NCBI GenBank assembly: GCA_951406725.2
Contig: OX597828.1
Span: 6,138,001 to 6,202,000, forward strand
Reading direction: 5' to 3'
Length of the DNA: 64,000 nt
From: Octopus vulgaris
Lineage: Eukaryota
Shown: positions 1 through 12,422 of the stretch, piece by piece
How positions within the stretch are numbered: the first letter of the stretch is position 1
How the letters are laid out: each line of letters starts with the position of its first letter
Translations under genes and position numbers: made by a program
Notes under the pieces: generated by a model
Told to the model about the DNA's origin: nothing
Seen by the model: the letters and a program-made list of their open reading frames with translations, nothing else
Databases searched by the model: none

Positions 1-955
1 TCTGCCAAACATTGGAAAGGAGTGAGATGGTACTGGAAACTAAAGACGTTTTAAGGAAGTTAATTGTTCGCCTAATTTTGTTTATATTTTGTGGCGTAAA
101 TTAACTCTACAGTTGTAAAGTGGAAGCAATTTAATTAGTTTAACGAAAGCAGTTTTAGATCATTGATGATTTAGGAAAATACAATAACCCGATCATTCTA
201 CTTCGTGTGGGTTTGAAACACTGCACCAATGTTGCAAATCCATTGTTTTGCGGGGAAAAAAAAGTATCGATTCGTTTATCAAATCATAATACACCTACCA
301 GTGTGTGCTGAAACAATATATTCTCACGTGCAGACACACGAGGTTTATTTTCTTTCAAATTCACCCACTTTATTTCATTCTTTATCATTTTCTTCCTCTT
401 TTTATCTTATGTTCTATGAAATCTTGCATTATAGCAAATTACAGAGAATAACTTCGTTGTTTAGATCCACTTTCACTAATGGACATGTCTTGTTACCATT
501 CCAGAATGCAGAGAGAAAAAGAAAAGCTGCAAACCTTATAGTATACACTGACAGTTGCGATAGCTTGTTACATTTAAATTCAGGCAGTTCAGATTGGGCA
601 TATATTAAGTATGCTAATAAAACACTTCTACATCTTCTGCATTATTTCTATTTAGCACATAAAACTCATAGAATATTCCCATTCAGATATAAAGCATTTG
701 ATTTTAAAATGTTGTTCAATTTGACGCCTTTACAAAAAGTTTAATTTAAATTCATTCTCGTTGTATCAGTACATATACCACAAGTTTATTGTTCATAAAT
801 ATCCACTCTCCTTATCCATTATGCAATGAGTTCAACTACAGTACAGCTATATACTGTGACAATATAATATATAGAAGAATATGTCCTCATATTACTTATA
901 TTACCTATCAATATAACATCCAAAATATATTTAATCTGCCTAACTCAACATTTTT

Positions 956-1180
<225 letters not shown>

Positions 1181-1261
1181 CGTACATGCGTATTTGTATG
1201 CATGAATGTATTCACAGATACACACACATATACACGCATAATATATACAGTTACATATGCG

Positions 1262-1375
1262 TTGTAGGCGCGCTGACAAACGATAAACAGTGGTAATTCG
1301 TACTTTACACACTTGCCTCACTCTTTTAATCTCAAATCCAAGAGAGCACCCTTCATATAAACAACCTAAATGAAT
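1262..1375 (+). repeat. ~115-bp dispersed repeat, copy 1 (copy 2 at 5310-5423)
   Basis: TTGTAGGCGCGCTGACAAA...AGCACCCTTCATATAAACAACCTAA aligns colinearly with 5310-5423, with scattered substitutions. Confidence 0.85.
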
Positions 1376-1519
1376 GTGTTATTCTCATTTTACTATAACA
1401 TTTATATATACATATACAAATACACATGTATATATGTACCAAAACATACATACATTGCAGGTAGCTTGTTTGTAAGTGTGATTATGCACGCTGTAATAGA
1501 TTTCAACAGTCTCAGTGAA

Positions 1520-1553
<34 letters not shown>

Positions 1554-1721
1554 CGCACTAACTTATATAAGATAAAGGATTAATATATACTATAGGATTA
1601 TAGTTCCACCTAATAATAATTTGTTGCTCAAAGTTTCATGTCCCTATTCTTCGATATTCCTCAAATCTGGTTGGCTGATTGGTAGAACTAACACTGATTT
1701 TACAATATTTCCTTCAACCCA

Positions 1722-1935
1722 AGGCGGCTAGCTGGTAGAAACGTTAGCACGCTGGGCGAAATACTTAGCAGTATTTCGTCTGTCTTCATGTTCTGAGTTC
1801 AAATTCTGCTGAGGTCGACTTTGCCTTTCACAATTTCGGAATCGATAAATTAAGTCGCAGTTGTGTACTGGGGTCGATCTAATCAACTGGCCTCCTCCCC
1901 AACAGTTTCTGGACTTGTTCTTAGAGTAGAAAAGG
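1722..1935 (+). mobile_element. tRNA-derived SINE, family B (GGCGGCGAGCTGGCAGAAACGTTAGCACG head)
   Basis: A-box-like AGCTGGTAGAA, B-box GAGTTCAAATTC and GTCGACTTTGCCTTTCA body, shared with copies at 19742, 27535, 32778 and 40030. Confidence 0.8.
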
Positions 1936-2356
1936 CATTTCCTTGAAACCGGTTAGTAAATAATATAGAGAATAAAAGAACGCTTTCGACAAGTGGCAAA
2001 TGGCTACTAAAACTTTCGATGCAAACAATTTCTTTCATGAAATGATGTTCAGATGTTTATAGCGGAGAAACAATGCCTTTTATATTCGTTGTAATCGATC
2101 ACCTCGTTGAGAGCATAAAAGGGCCGGGACATAATGGGTTCAAACCGAAATGCATATATTAGCCATTTCACAGTTAGAGATGGAAGATTTCTTCTTCCTT
2201 CTAGAATTGGATCTTTCGTAAAAGGTCTTGATGGTGCACTTCCTCATTCCATACTAAATACATGCAAATAAACACATATACATGCATATATACATACGCA
2301 TTGGTATGCGTGTATGAGTGTGTGTGCGCGCGCGTGTATATAAATATATATATATT

Positions 2357-2405
<49 letters not shown>

Positions 2406-2492
2406 GGGAAAATTATTTTAAAAATGCAGAATGCTCAAATGAAAGAAAATTTTAATAAAATGAGAAATTGATAAAATATATAAATATATATT

Positions 2493-2533
2493 TATTCAAC
2501 CGGTTTTCGTCATTGTATGACTTGTCAAGAATA
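2493..2533 (-). ncRNA. Minimal hammerhead ribozyme-like motif (U3-A8 variant)
   Basis: Minus strand reads TATTC-TTGACAA-GTCAT aca ATGAC-GAAAA-CCGG-TT-GAATA: stems I and II and a palindromic stem III, with one extra A. Confidence 0.55.
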
Positions 2534-3136
2534 TTTATGTTTTATAAAGTTTTTTTAGAAATTAGAAAGGGGAAAAAAAGAAAATTGCATTGTTTTTTGC
2601 AAAAGAATAATGATAAAAGTGTACAAAAATTAAAAAATAAGTACTCCGATACATTGTGAGTTCGTTGTGTATCTTGAGTTTTATGATTGTTCACGAAAAA
2701 ATTACCTTGAGGTATTAAGATCCAAAGGGATTAAGAGCATGTGTTGTGTGGTTTAATTCAGCATGTTCGCAGGACAGGAAGTAGTAGTAATTGTGGTTCT
2801 TCAGTTCCTGTGTTGTGAGTAAGGGGAGACAACTCTTTTGAGTTCTTCAATAATATGGTAAAACCCAAATTATAAAATTATCATTTTAGCTTCATTTGCG
2901 TTATCTTTTTTATATAATTGCTTGTTAACTTAACTTTCAGATTTTAACACTTTATTTATATTATTTTCTAATTATATAAATCTGCATAGACAATTGCATT
3001 TCAAATTGTCATATCATTTATAATAAAAATGATATTTAAAGAATATAAGTTTTAGCTTGAAGTGATGAATGCATGGTATCTTTATATATTTGTGTTAGTC
3101 CATCCATGAAGAGTGAGGTAGAAAATGGAAGTTTGA

Positions 3137-3592
3137 TCAACGAGGAGTTTGCATATTAAGTTGTGTTTGGAATTTTTCAATAAAGAGATTATCCTTGTTA
3201 ATTCTCTCCTGTGTGGTGATCCCGTCTTTACATTGGTAGAAGGGGAATATATAGAATTTGGGGTTTAAGTCTTTAGCACATGAGTCTAAGTGGTCACTCA
3301 GTGGAATTTGTCGGTATTCCGGGAGATTTATTTGTTCTTTATGTACCGTTACTCGTTTACGTAACGGGAGACTCGTTTGTCCAACATAATTATGTTGGCA
3401 ACCAGCGCATGTGAGAACGTAGATAAGGTTCTCGGAGGAACAGGAGAAGTTAGTCTTGATTTTAAACTTCGTACCTTGTTTGAAGGTAAATTCAGAGCCT
3501 ACAAGTAGAAAGGGGCAGGTACCACAGTTTGAGCGTGCACATTTTTTTACTGTTGGGGGTGGATGTGGTGTGTGGAGTTTGGCATTTGTCAA
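3137..3592 (-). pseudogene. PLE GIY-YIG endonuclease domain (C-terminal fragment)
   Basis: KKCARSNCGTC linker and NLIYVLTCAGCQHNYVGQTSLPLRKRVTVH...SDH (GIY-YIG with CCHH residues), typical of PLE endonucleases. Confidence 0.9.
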
Positions 3593-3626
3593 GAGTTTTT
3601 TTAAAGATTTGTGTTGCCTTTTACAT

Positions 3627-3691
3627 TGGGACTGAACCCGTAACCATGTGGTTGGTAAGCAAGCTACTTACCACACAGCCACTCCTGCGCC
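3627..3691 (-). mobile_element. SINE family A head fragment
   Basis: Reverse complement of GGCGCAGGAGTGGCTGTGTGGTAAGTAGCTTGCTTACCAACCACATGG. Confidence 0.8.
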
Positions 3692-3699
3692 TATTTATA

Positions 3700-3747
<48 letters not shown>

Positions 3748-3855
3748 TGTGTATACATATAGGTGTATATGTATATATATAGAGAGACAAACAGCCTTGT
3801 ACAATGTGATATAAAGGAAAATTTCAATTGTCTCTAAGGGTGCTGTACCACCTAT

Positions 3856-3995
3856 ATTGCTAGATGTAAGAGTTAAAATACGTTCAATGCTGTAAGAAAA
3901 GCACACATATATACATATATAGCATTAAGAGTATTTCAAGTCTTATTTCTAGCATTTTATGTTCTTCGGTACTCTTTCCCACTCTTAATGACGGT

Positions 3996-3996
<1 letters not shown>
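3856..3996. repeat. Imperfect ~39-bp inverted repeat (arms 3856-3894 and 3918-3957) ending at (TA)n
   Basis: ATTGCTAGATGTAAGAGTTAAAATAC pairs imperfectly with GTATTTCAAGTCTTATTTCTAGCAT. Confidence 0.55.
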
Positions 3997-4052
<56 letters not shown>

Positions 4053-4058
<6 letters not shown>

Positions 4059-4378
4059 GCGTATAATAAGTGATGACCACTAAGTGGACATCCAATATGC
4101 TAGAAGAAGATCATCTACGATCTAACCACATCTGTCTTACCCGCTTATGTTCTGGTGTTTGCTGAATTTCTCTAGAGAACATTCTTTTCTTTCTGGTTAG
4201 ATCGTAGATGATCTTCTTCTAGCATATTGGATGTCCACTTAGTGGTCATCCTTTATTCTACGCATGTATTACAATTTTTCTGAATTTTCAGATTTTTCTA
4301 TATGCTAGGCAACTGGTTTTAAATTGATGTTAATTTAATTAATATTCAATTCATCACCCTCATTATTTTTAAGTTTTA
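4053..4378 (+). mobile_element. Short fold-back element between (TA)n tracts (putative PLE 3' terminus with inverted 5' duplication)
   Basis: Arms 4053-4128 and 4194-4269, perfect over 4072-4128. 3' motif TATATGCTAGGCAACTGG resembles motifs near 7906, 15731 and 47222. Confidence 0.7.
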
Positions 4379-4417
4379 TATATATATATATATATATATA
4401 TACATACACATACACAA

Positions 4418-4825
4418 GGCGCAGGAGTGGCTGGGTGGTAAGTAGCTTGCTAACCAACCACATGGTTCCGGGTTCAGTCCCACTGCGTGGCATCTTGGGC
4501 AAGTGTCTTCTGCTATAGCCCCGCGCCGACCAATACCTTGTGAGTGGATTTAGTAGACGGAAACTGAAAGAAGCCTGTCGTATATATGTATATATGTATA
4601 TATATATGTGTGTCTCTGTGTTTGTCCCCCTAGCATTGCTTGACAACCGATGCTGGTGTGTTTACGTCCCCGTCACTTAGCGGTTTGGCAAAAGAGGCCG
4701 ATAGAATAAGTACTGGGCTTACAAAGAATAAGTCCCGGGGTCGATTTGCTCGACTAAAGGCGATGCTCCAGCATGGCCGCAGTCAAATGACTGAAACAAG
4801 TAAAAGAGTAAAGGGTAAAAGAGTA
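4418..4825 (+). mobile_element. tRNA-derived SINE family A (CORE-like), full length
   Basis: A box TGGCTGGGTGG, B box GGTTCAGTCCC, CORE-like CTTGGGCAAGTGTCTT, internal TA/TG tract, tail GCTCCAGCATGGCCGCAGTC...(AAAGAGT)n. Confidence 0.85.
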
Positions 4826-4905
4826 TACATATATATACACATATATGCATACATACATATATATGTATGTATGTATGTATGTATATATGTATGTATATAG
4901 ATATG

Positions 4906-4941
<36 letters not shown>

Positions 4942-5015
4942 CATACATATATAAACATATATATGCATACATACATATATATATAAATATATATATATAC
5001 ATATATATATGTGTG

Positions 5016-5055
<40 letters not shown>

Positions 5056-5309
5056 AATGTATTTATGACTACTGGACAATCTCTCACTAAACTCGCTTGA
5101 CAATGTGGATGTGATTCCAATTTATTTTTTTATTTTTCTGCTTTTTTCCCCTCACAAACACATTAGGTATACAGGAAAAGTTTCAATTTAAATAATCGTA
5201 CTGTTTTGAAATGGTGGCAAGTTTGACTGTTGAAGGATAATTTTTAACATGTTAATGCTGTTTATTTCAGGAGTTCTGATATAAATAAATATTTATTCGT
5301 AGCAGAAAA

Positions 5310-5423
5310 TTGTAGGCGCGCTGACAAATGATAAGCAGTGGTAATTCGTATTTTACACGCTTGCATCATTCTTCTAATTCCAATTCCAAGAAAGCACCCT
5401 TCATATAAACAACCTAATTGAAT
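5310..5423 (+). repeat. ~115-bp dispersed repeat, copy 2
   Basis: Aligns to 1262-1375. Confidence 0.85.
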
Positions 5424-6587
5424 TTGGTATACCCTTTTTATTAAACCATTTCTTTTATTGTAATGTATTTTACCCGCAAAATATTCAATTAAAATATACT
5501 GATCATAACAACCGTATAATAATTCTCATCATTTTTATTACCGTTATTTTTGTTTGCAAAGAATGGATTTTTGTTCATGTTTCGTAAGTTGTCTTTAAAG
5601 TGTGTTGCTTTATTAGTCGCTATTCCAAATTTCTTTGAGCTGGTAACTAAATAACTCAGCTAAATGTAAGTGCGAAGTTTGAGAATTGGAATTTTAAAGT
5701 TAATAGCTCTAGACAAAAAATTATCACTATGGCTTCCGAAATCGAGGGAAGTGGTAACTGTTGGAACAACCGTTATGTCATTGTTAACCACCAGAGATAG
5801 AAGCAGAAGCAACAACAACAATATCAATAGCAACAGCATCAAAAGCAACATTAGAGACAAGCAACATATATTTTTAAATGACTCAAAAACGAACTTCACC
5901 GCTGTTCCCAATACCAAAACAACACCGCCACCACTACCACTAACACCTGCAATACAAACATTAGTAAGACGACAACAACGGCCGTTCTTACTTCTGAGTA
6001 GAACGGGAAAGGTTTCACATAAGTCTCTCAAAAAATTGTAAAAGTTAATCTAGCAATAAAAGTCAAGTGACTCTAACCTGCAGAACAGTCTTCTTTAATA
6101 TACTAGAGGAAGTTGAAAAAGACAATGAAAACCACAAAAAAAAACTCTATCTAAATTTATTTCGAAAAGTACGAAGAGATGAGTGGGTGTGTTCATGCAT
6201 GTGTTTATTGGGTTTGTTGTTTCAACTAACACTAATGCTCTACTCAAAGATTGGTCACTTTTCTTGAAAATTTTTCTGTCACGTTTCACTAATCTATCAC
6301 TCCTATAACAGAACATCCAAAAAGTTCTTAAAACGATGCTATTTTATGATCACACCGTACTACACAGACATGTTTCAGCATTCAAATTAAAACAAAATAT
6401 GAAATTAGAGTGTAATTTGTTCAAATCAATGAAAAATATCTTGCAATTTATTCTTTTATTTTATTCCGACAAACGTACGTCTGAACATCATAAATAAATA
6501 CACACGCAGAGTTCCGGACGCTTAAACACAGCCGATAACACTTTGGCAATCAGTTCTATTCATGACGTGGCGTTTTTTATTATACAG

Positions 6588-6624
<37 letters not shown>

Positions 6625-6777
6625 ACCTAACTAGTTCCTTGCAATGAATAAATGAATAAATGATCTCCGATTGAAAGGTTGAAATTTTCGTCTCCGTAAA
6701 CATTTAGTTTTAATTCATTTATTTTAAATTCAATGCAAAATGGATTACGAATGTTTGTATAATGCAATCTATATACT

Positions 6778-6986
6778 GCTTTCAAATTTTGGCACAAGGT
6801 CAGCAAGATTGATTTGAGGGAGGGTAAGTCAAATAAATCGACCGCAGTACTCAACTAGCAGTTATTTTGTCCACTCCGGAACGGGGTGTAAGACCTCGGT
6901 GGAATTTCAACTCAGAACGTAAGATCGAATGAAATCGGGCTCAACATTTTCCCCGGCGTGCTAATGATTTACGATCTCGCTGCCTT
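6778..6986 (-). mobile_element. SINE family B, diverged
   Basis: GACCTCGGTGGAATTTCAACTCAGAACGT...CCCGGCGTGCTAATGATT matches the family B reverse complement. Confidence 0.65.
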
Positions 6987-7169
6987 CGAAATATTTAGAA
7001 CGAATGCCATATGTATTTAAATACAGAGTTCAGTCACCGAAGCAAGGAGGCAACATGTATAGGACAAGATGACACTAAGCTTTCGAAGTTAATTGATATT
7101 GAACTGTATAAACATAATTTTGAAATCAAGTATAATTTTGATAATAGTAAATGTATACATGTACATACG

Positions 7170-7201
<32 letters not shown>

Positions 7202-7610
7202 ACACCCTTTTCAGATACACAGACACACACACGCACGCGCGCACATACACACACATACACTCTCTCACAAGGCAATGATAAAAAGGAAATCCAGAGAGTG
7301 TTTTGAAAAGTGAACTTTGCTCCCCTCCCCTCCTTGGAGTGACCAGCTGGATTTGCCATTGCTAAAAGCCAAGAATTACTTACTATTCAAAGACGGACCA
7401 GCTGCAAAGATATCAACAAATTTTACTTCTTTCTCTCCTTTTTCCTCTCCTTCTTTTTTTCTTTAACACCCTTTTAGATACAAATACACACACGCGCGCT
7501 CTCTCTCACTTTCTCCCCATTCCTCACCCTCTTGTACTATCTTATATATCTCCCCACCTCTACACACTCCATAATACTATAAAAAGAGTCAAAATTATAT
7601 TATAGAAACG

Positions 7611-7935
7611 TTTTCTACCAGTGCCCTAGTATGTGTAGAAAGTCAATCGACACATTTTTCATATAAAAATTACTGTACATTTAAACACAAAGAGGCCAGT
7701 CTTAACAGGTTGCCTAACATACGATTTGAAAAATTATAATATAGAAGGATGAGACACGTGTTATTACGTCTTTAATTTATATGTTAATGTTTTGGCGTAT
7801 CCGCTGATGAGAACTTCGCCGTGCAAATTATTTTATTTGCTAATTGCTCTTTCTGTTTAATTGTACACTAATTTTATATGAAAAATATGTCTATTGACTT
7901 TGTGTATATACTAGGCCAGTGGTAAAAAAAAATTA
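7611..7935 (+). mobile_element. Fold-back element (inverted arms 7611-7694 and 7847-7929) with partial hammerhead core
   Basis: ~84-bp imperfect inverted repeat; CTGATGA at 7804; TATATACTAGGCCAGTGG terminal motif. Confidence 0.65.
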
Positions 7936-8531
7936 GTCCTCGTGATGGCTGCGGTGGTAGCAGTGTCAGTGTCCTCCTCCGCTCCCTCCTTCATGCCTTC
8001 GTCGGACTTCATGGTGTTGTTGTTGGTGTTGTTGCTGCTGCCCTCTGTATTTCACATTGCTGCTGCTGTTTTTCACATTGTTCTTGCTGCTGCTGTAGTC
8101 GTCGTCATCATCATCTTTCCTGCTAGTACTTTTGCACTTGCTATTATCGTGATACCAACAAGAAGAAATTATTTTTCTCTTTGGCGAGAAATGAATTTCA
8201 CCTTCGGCTGCGTTTTTGTTCGCAGTTATAAGCCCACAGAACGCTGCTCTTGGTCAATTATTATTATTTTTCTGTAATCCGACGTTTTTTACGATTAGAA
8301 AAAATATTAAAAAATCTTGCTTTCACAATAAAAATGCAAAAACAGAAAACAATTATTACACCCCCCAAATGGGGATGCAATTACACAAAATGTTATCCCT
8401 ACAATCCCGACAATGCAAGCAAAATACTTGTTAAATAAAATTTGGAAAACACGAGCTGCAATCAGCCGAAATGCTTGATAAAATTACAAATTACGGAGGT
8501 TCCACATGTATGACTTCAAAGGCGGACGTCC

Positions 8532-8584
<53 letters not shown>

Positions 8585-8659
8585 CATAATAATGATGATG
8601 ATGATAATATATAAGAATTATATTTTCTGTGAAAATTTCATGGAAAATATAAAAAATGT

Positions 8660-9060
8660 AAGCAGGATTGGCAGTATGTTAAGTAGCTTGCTTACCAACC
8701 ACATGGTTCCGAGTTCAGTTTCACTGCGTGGCACCTTGGGCCAGTATCTTCTACTATAGCCTCGAGCTCACCAAAGCCTTGTGAGTGGATATGGTAGACG
8801 AAAACTGAAAGTAGCCCGTCGTATATATGTATGTGTATATGTTTGTGTGTCTGTGTTTGTCCCCCCAACTTTGCTTGACTACCGATGCTGGTGTATTTAC
8901 GTCGCCGTAACTTAGCGGTTCGGCAAAAGAGACCGATAGAATAAGTACTAGGCATGCACAGAATAAGACCTGGGCTCGATTTGCTCGATTAAAGGCGGTA
9001 CTCCAGCATGGCCGTAGTCAAATAACTGAAACAAGTAAAAGAGTAAAAGAGTAAAGAGTA
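8660..9060 (+). mobile_element. SINE family A
   Basis: Colinear with 4418-4825, including the (AAAGAGT)n tail. Confidence 0.85.
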
Positions 9061-9935
9061 TATGCAAACTGTGTCAGATACTCTGACTGAGTTTGAGTCA
9101 AATTTTATTGTTCTACTTGTATCTGATTCTTACATATATTATTTGCATCATCTCAGCTTTCTTAATTTAATTATCGTGAAATGTAAGAGGATGTACATTG
9201 ATTAACTGTGAAATGTATTTGATTAATCAATCGATTGTGCTCATGAACCGTTTCCCTGAAGACCTCGTTTGTAACAAATAGCTAACACGCTTTTATTTAT
9301 ACTTGAAACCTTTTCTGATTACCTACCTTGCGCAATATATTCATTACGTACAACTACTGAACACAATTTTCCCTTCATTAAAGAGCCGAAGCCCAGAATT
9401 CACTTACAGTTTATCATTTTTGGTTTGTGGATGCGACACGGATAACAGAATGCTGATATTTCACGACTCTTTATTGAAAGTAAGAAGGGTTGATATCGCT
9501 TTCCATTTCAGTGAGATAAAGGAAGTTATTTGAAAGTCGGTAGCCTCGTGTTACTTCATTAGTAATGAGAAGCATAAATAATATTGAAACGAAGTCTTTC
9601 TACCATCACCTACAAAACAATAGAAGAGATAAGAAAAAGTCAACGTTGCGGGAAGTGTAGATTTCTATGAAAGTAAGCTTCATTTACATTTGATATATCT
9701 GAACAGGTTCTCGTTTCCACTTTGCTATCAGTAAACGAATATTTTGCGCGTGCGTACAATCACGAACACACACTCATTTGTGAACCACGCTTTTACACTT
9801 ATTTGTTTGTAAACACAGACACACACACATTTATATCGTCATCTCACATTCTTACATGTGCTGTCTTTTGATTACGTAGAAGATTAGTGGACAACTATTT
9901 TGTCGTAAGTTAAAATGAAACAAGCCATACACACA

Positions 9936-9974
<39 letters not shown>

Positions 9975-12422
9975 GCACGCACATACACACACACTCACAT
10001 ATATTGTATATTTTCAATACGAAATATAATTTACTAACATTTCAACTACAATACTATCATATAATCTTTGCGTCTCAACCAATTTGAGACACGATGTTAC
10101 ATTTTTAACACTAAAGAATGAAAAGGATAGAATATATGGATATAAATGAAAATCTTTGAAACAATATTTGATACCAAAAAGAAAATAAAGGACTAGATAT
10201 AACACACATTCTTAATAATTGCAAACATGGCTCTTTTTAGAGGTATATGTGTCATTGACACATTCTTGAATGTCACATTAAATATTTTGCATTTTGTAGA
10301 AAGTATAATACTAAGAAAATAAATAAGGAATTAAGAAACACACCTTAAAAAGTTCAATGAAATTAGGGTGCTTAAATGTTTAGGTAAAATCAGGTGTAAA
10401 GGAAGGTAAATATAAATTAGCATACAGCATACGTATTGCAGAGAACAAACCCAGTATTCAAGCTACTGCTAGGTTGGCTAGAAGGCAGTATGTTTTACAT
10501 AAAACAGATGATTATCCCAACACTTTAATGAAATTTCACTGCAATACATTTTTGCGCTTCTTAATATCATAATCTTTTGTAATCTTAATTAAAACTTATG
10601 CGTATAATATACTTAATATGTTTATATATATATGTGTGTGTGTATGTGTGTGTGTATTTATGCACACACACACATATAAACAGGCATTCACACACACATC
10701 CTCAATCGTATACATGTATTTATATAAACATATATATGTTAAAACTTCAACATCACAGTAGAAAGCCACCAGAAAAATAATTTTCATGAGAACGAAGCTG
10801 TAAAAATATGGATACACAGAAAACCTCAAATACTTGAAATAGACTAAAAATAAGAAAATCCCCAACCAAAACGCAAGAGCAGATGTTAAATTCTGATACA
10901 ATTCGCCATACAACCGATCAGTAAAATTTCAACATCCCGTTGTCACACTTTTTGTCACACTTTTCATGCAAATTTACACGTGTATGTTTAATAGTCATCC
11001 GTTAGTCTGATTTGTATATACAAACCACGGTTAGTCCTGAGAATGCTCTACTCTATGAAGGCAGCAGTAAGAAGGAAGAAATATCTTATGCAGTGAGTGT
11101 ATTAGCATGCTTACATTTGCAAATTATTTTCAAAGGTTTTTTTTTTAAATGTGGAGCTAATTTTTATATTAAGCGCAAGATGTTGAAATTAAAAGAAATC
11201 TTAACTAGCATTGTAGGAAGTAAATCAATTATAGTTGAAAACCAACTCATTAAGTTATTAAGGATGTTTAATAGAAACGACAATAAGGTCTTTTATTCTC
11301 GTTAAAACTTAGCCACTACTGAAGATACACAAAATGCAAGTATGCGAGGACGCTTTTGCATCACTGAGCACGCAATCATAACTTCAGGGACTGATCTGTC
11401 TGACTAATTCATTAATAAGCTTTGTTGTAGTTCAACTGAATGAAGGCCCTGCATCGGAGCTACAAGAAATAACTTCAAACTGAAGTACTGCTTACTTACA
11501 CATTCAGTAGCCAAGCAGCATAAAAAAAGAAGCCTATTGAATTACATACAGCGAAATGGTGAAAGCAGTGATAATAAATGTTACTCGAAAACAATGCCAC
11601 GGTGGCTGATCGAATTCCGAAGCTTAATGATAGCAAAAAGAATTTCTTATATATAAGACATGATGCCTCCGTCTATGTCGGCGCAGGAGTGGCTGTGTGG
11701 TAAGTAGCTTGCTAACGCACATGCGCAATTAGTCAGCTGCTTCCTGTTCAGCCAGAGTGGACGCGAGTCAATCAGCTCTGTCCAATTAAAGAAAAAAGAC
11801 CAAAAACGGAAAGTTGTCGAGGTAAGTGATTTTGTTTATTGTGAGTTGGGCATAATTTATTGCGTGCCAATTATTATTTCAGTAGGTTGTGTCCAACTCT
11901 GAGAGAATTTCGCCTGCTCTCGGCGGCTGCCGTTTTTGTGTTCATTGAAAAAAAAAAAGAAAAGAAAAAACAGTGGAGGGGCGTATCCTCAGAATTCAAT
12001 ACAGTTACTGTTAAAATTACCGTTGGCGGTAGCCAGTGCTGTGTTTGGGCTTGTTGAATTTATTCCCTTGTCAGAGTACTTCGCAAGAAAATTATAAAAA
12101 TAAGCCACTATTGGATTACCTTTCGGACCCATTTTTGTGGAGGTTGTGTTGCAGTTGCGGCGTTCCAGGTTCAACCCAGGCCGGGAGTACCGCAAGGCCA
12201 GAATATTTTTGCTGTGTTTTTTCTGTTTATTAACTTTCTTTTGAACTTCATTTAACCCCCCCCCTTTTGGTTTTTTTCTTTATTGCGACTTTCCGTTAAT
12301 TTCTTCCCTTCTGTTGTGCTTTCTCCTTTTTGTGTTTTCAAAAATCTATTCAAATTTTATTTGGACTTTTGAACTTTTTCTTCCTGCTTTTGAGTCTAAT
12401 TTGAATATATTTTTAAAAAAAC

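Larger units (their letters stand above)
2402..3620 (-). mobile_element. Penelope-like retroelement (Neptune-like), 5'-truncated: GIY-YIG endonuclease plus 3' UTR ending at a (TA)n tract
   Basis: Contains ORF 3137-3592 and a hammerhead-like motif at 2493-2533; same family as 30644-32066. Confidence 0.85.

Noticed and set aside
229-744. 171-aa ORF
   Set aside because: No recognisable motif or convincing splice context; compatible with chance.
5660-6041. Overlapping 123-aa ORFs on both strands
   Set aside because: Built on CAA/CAG/CCA low-complexity sequence; no homology recognised.
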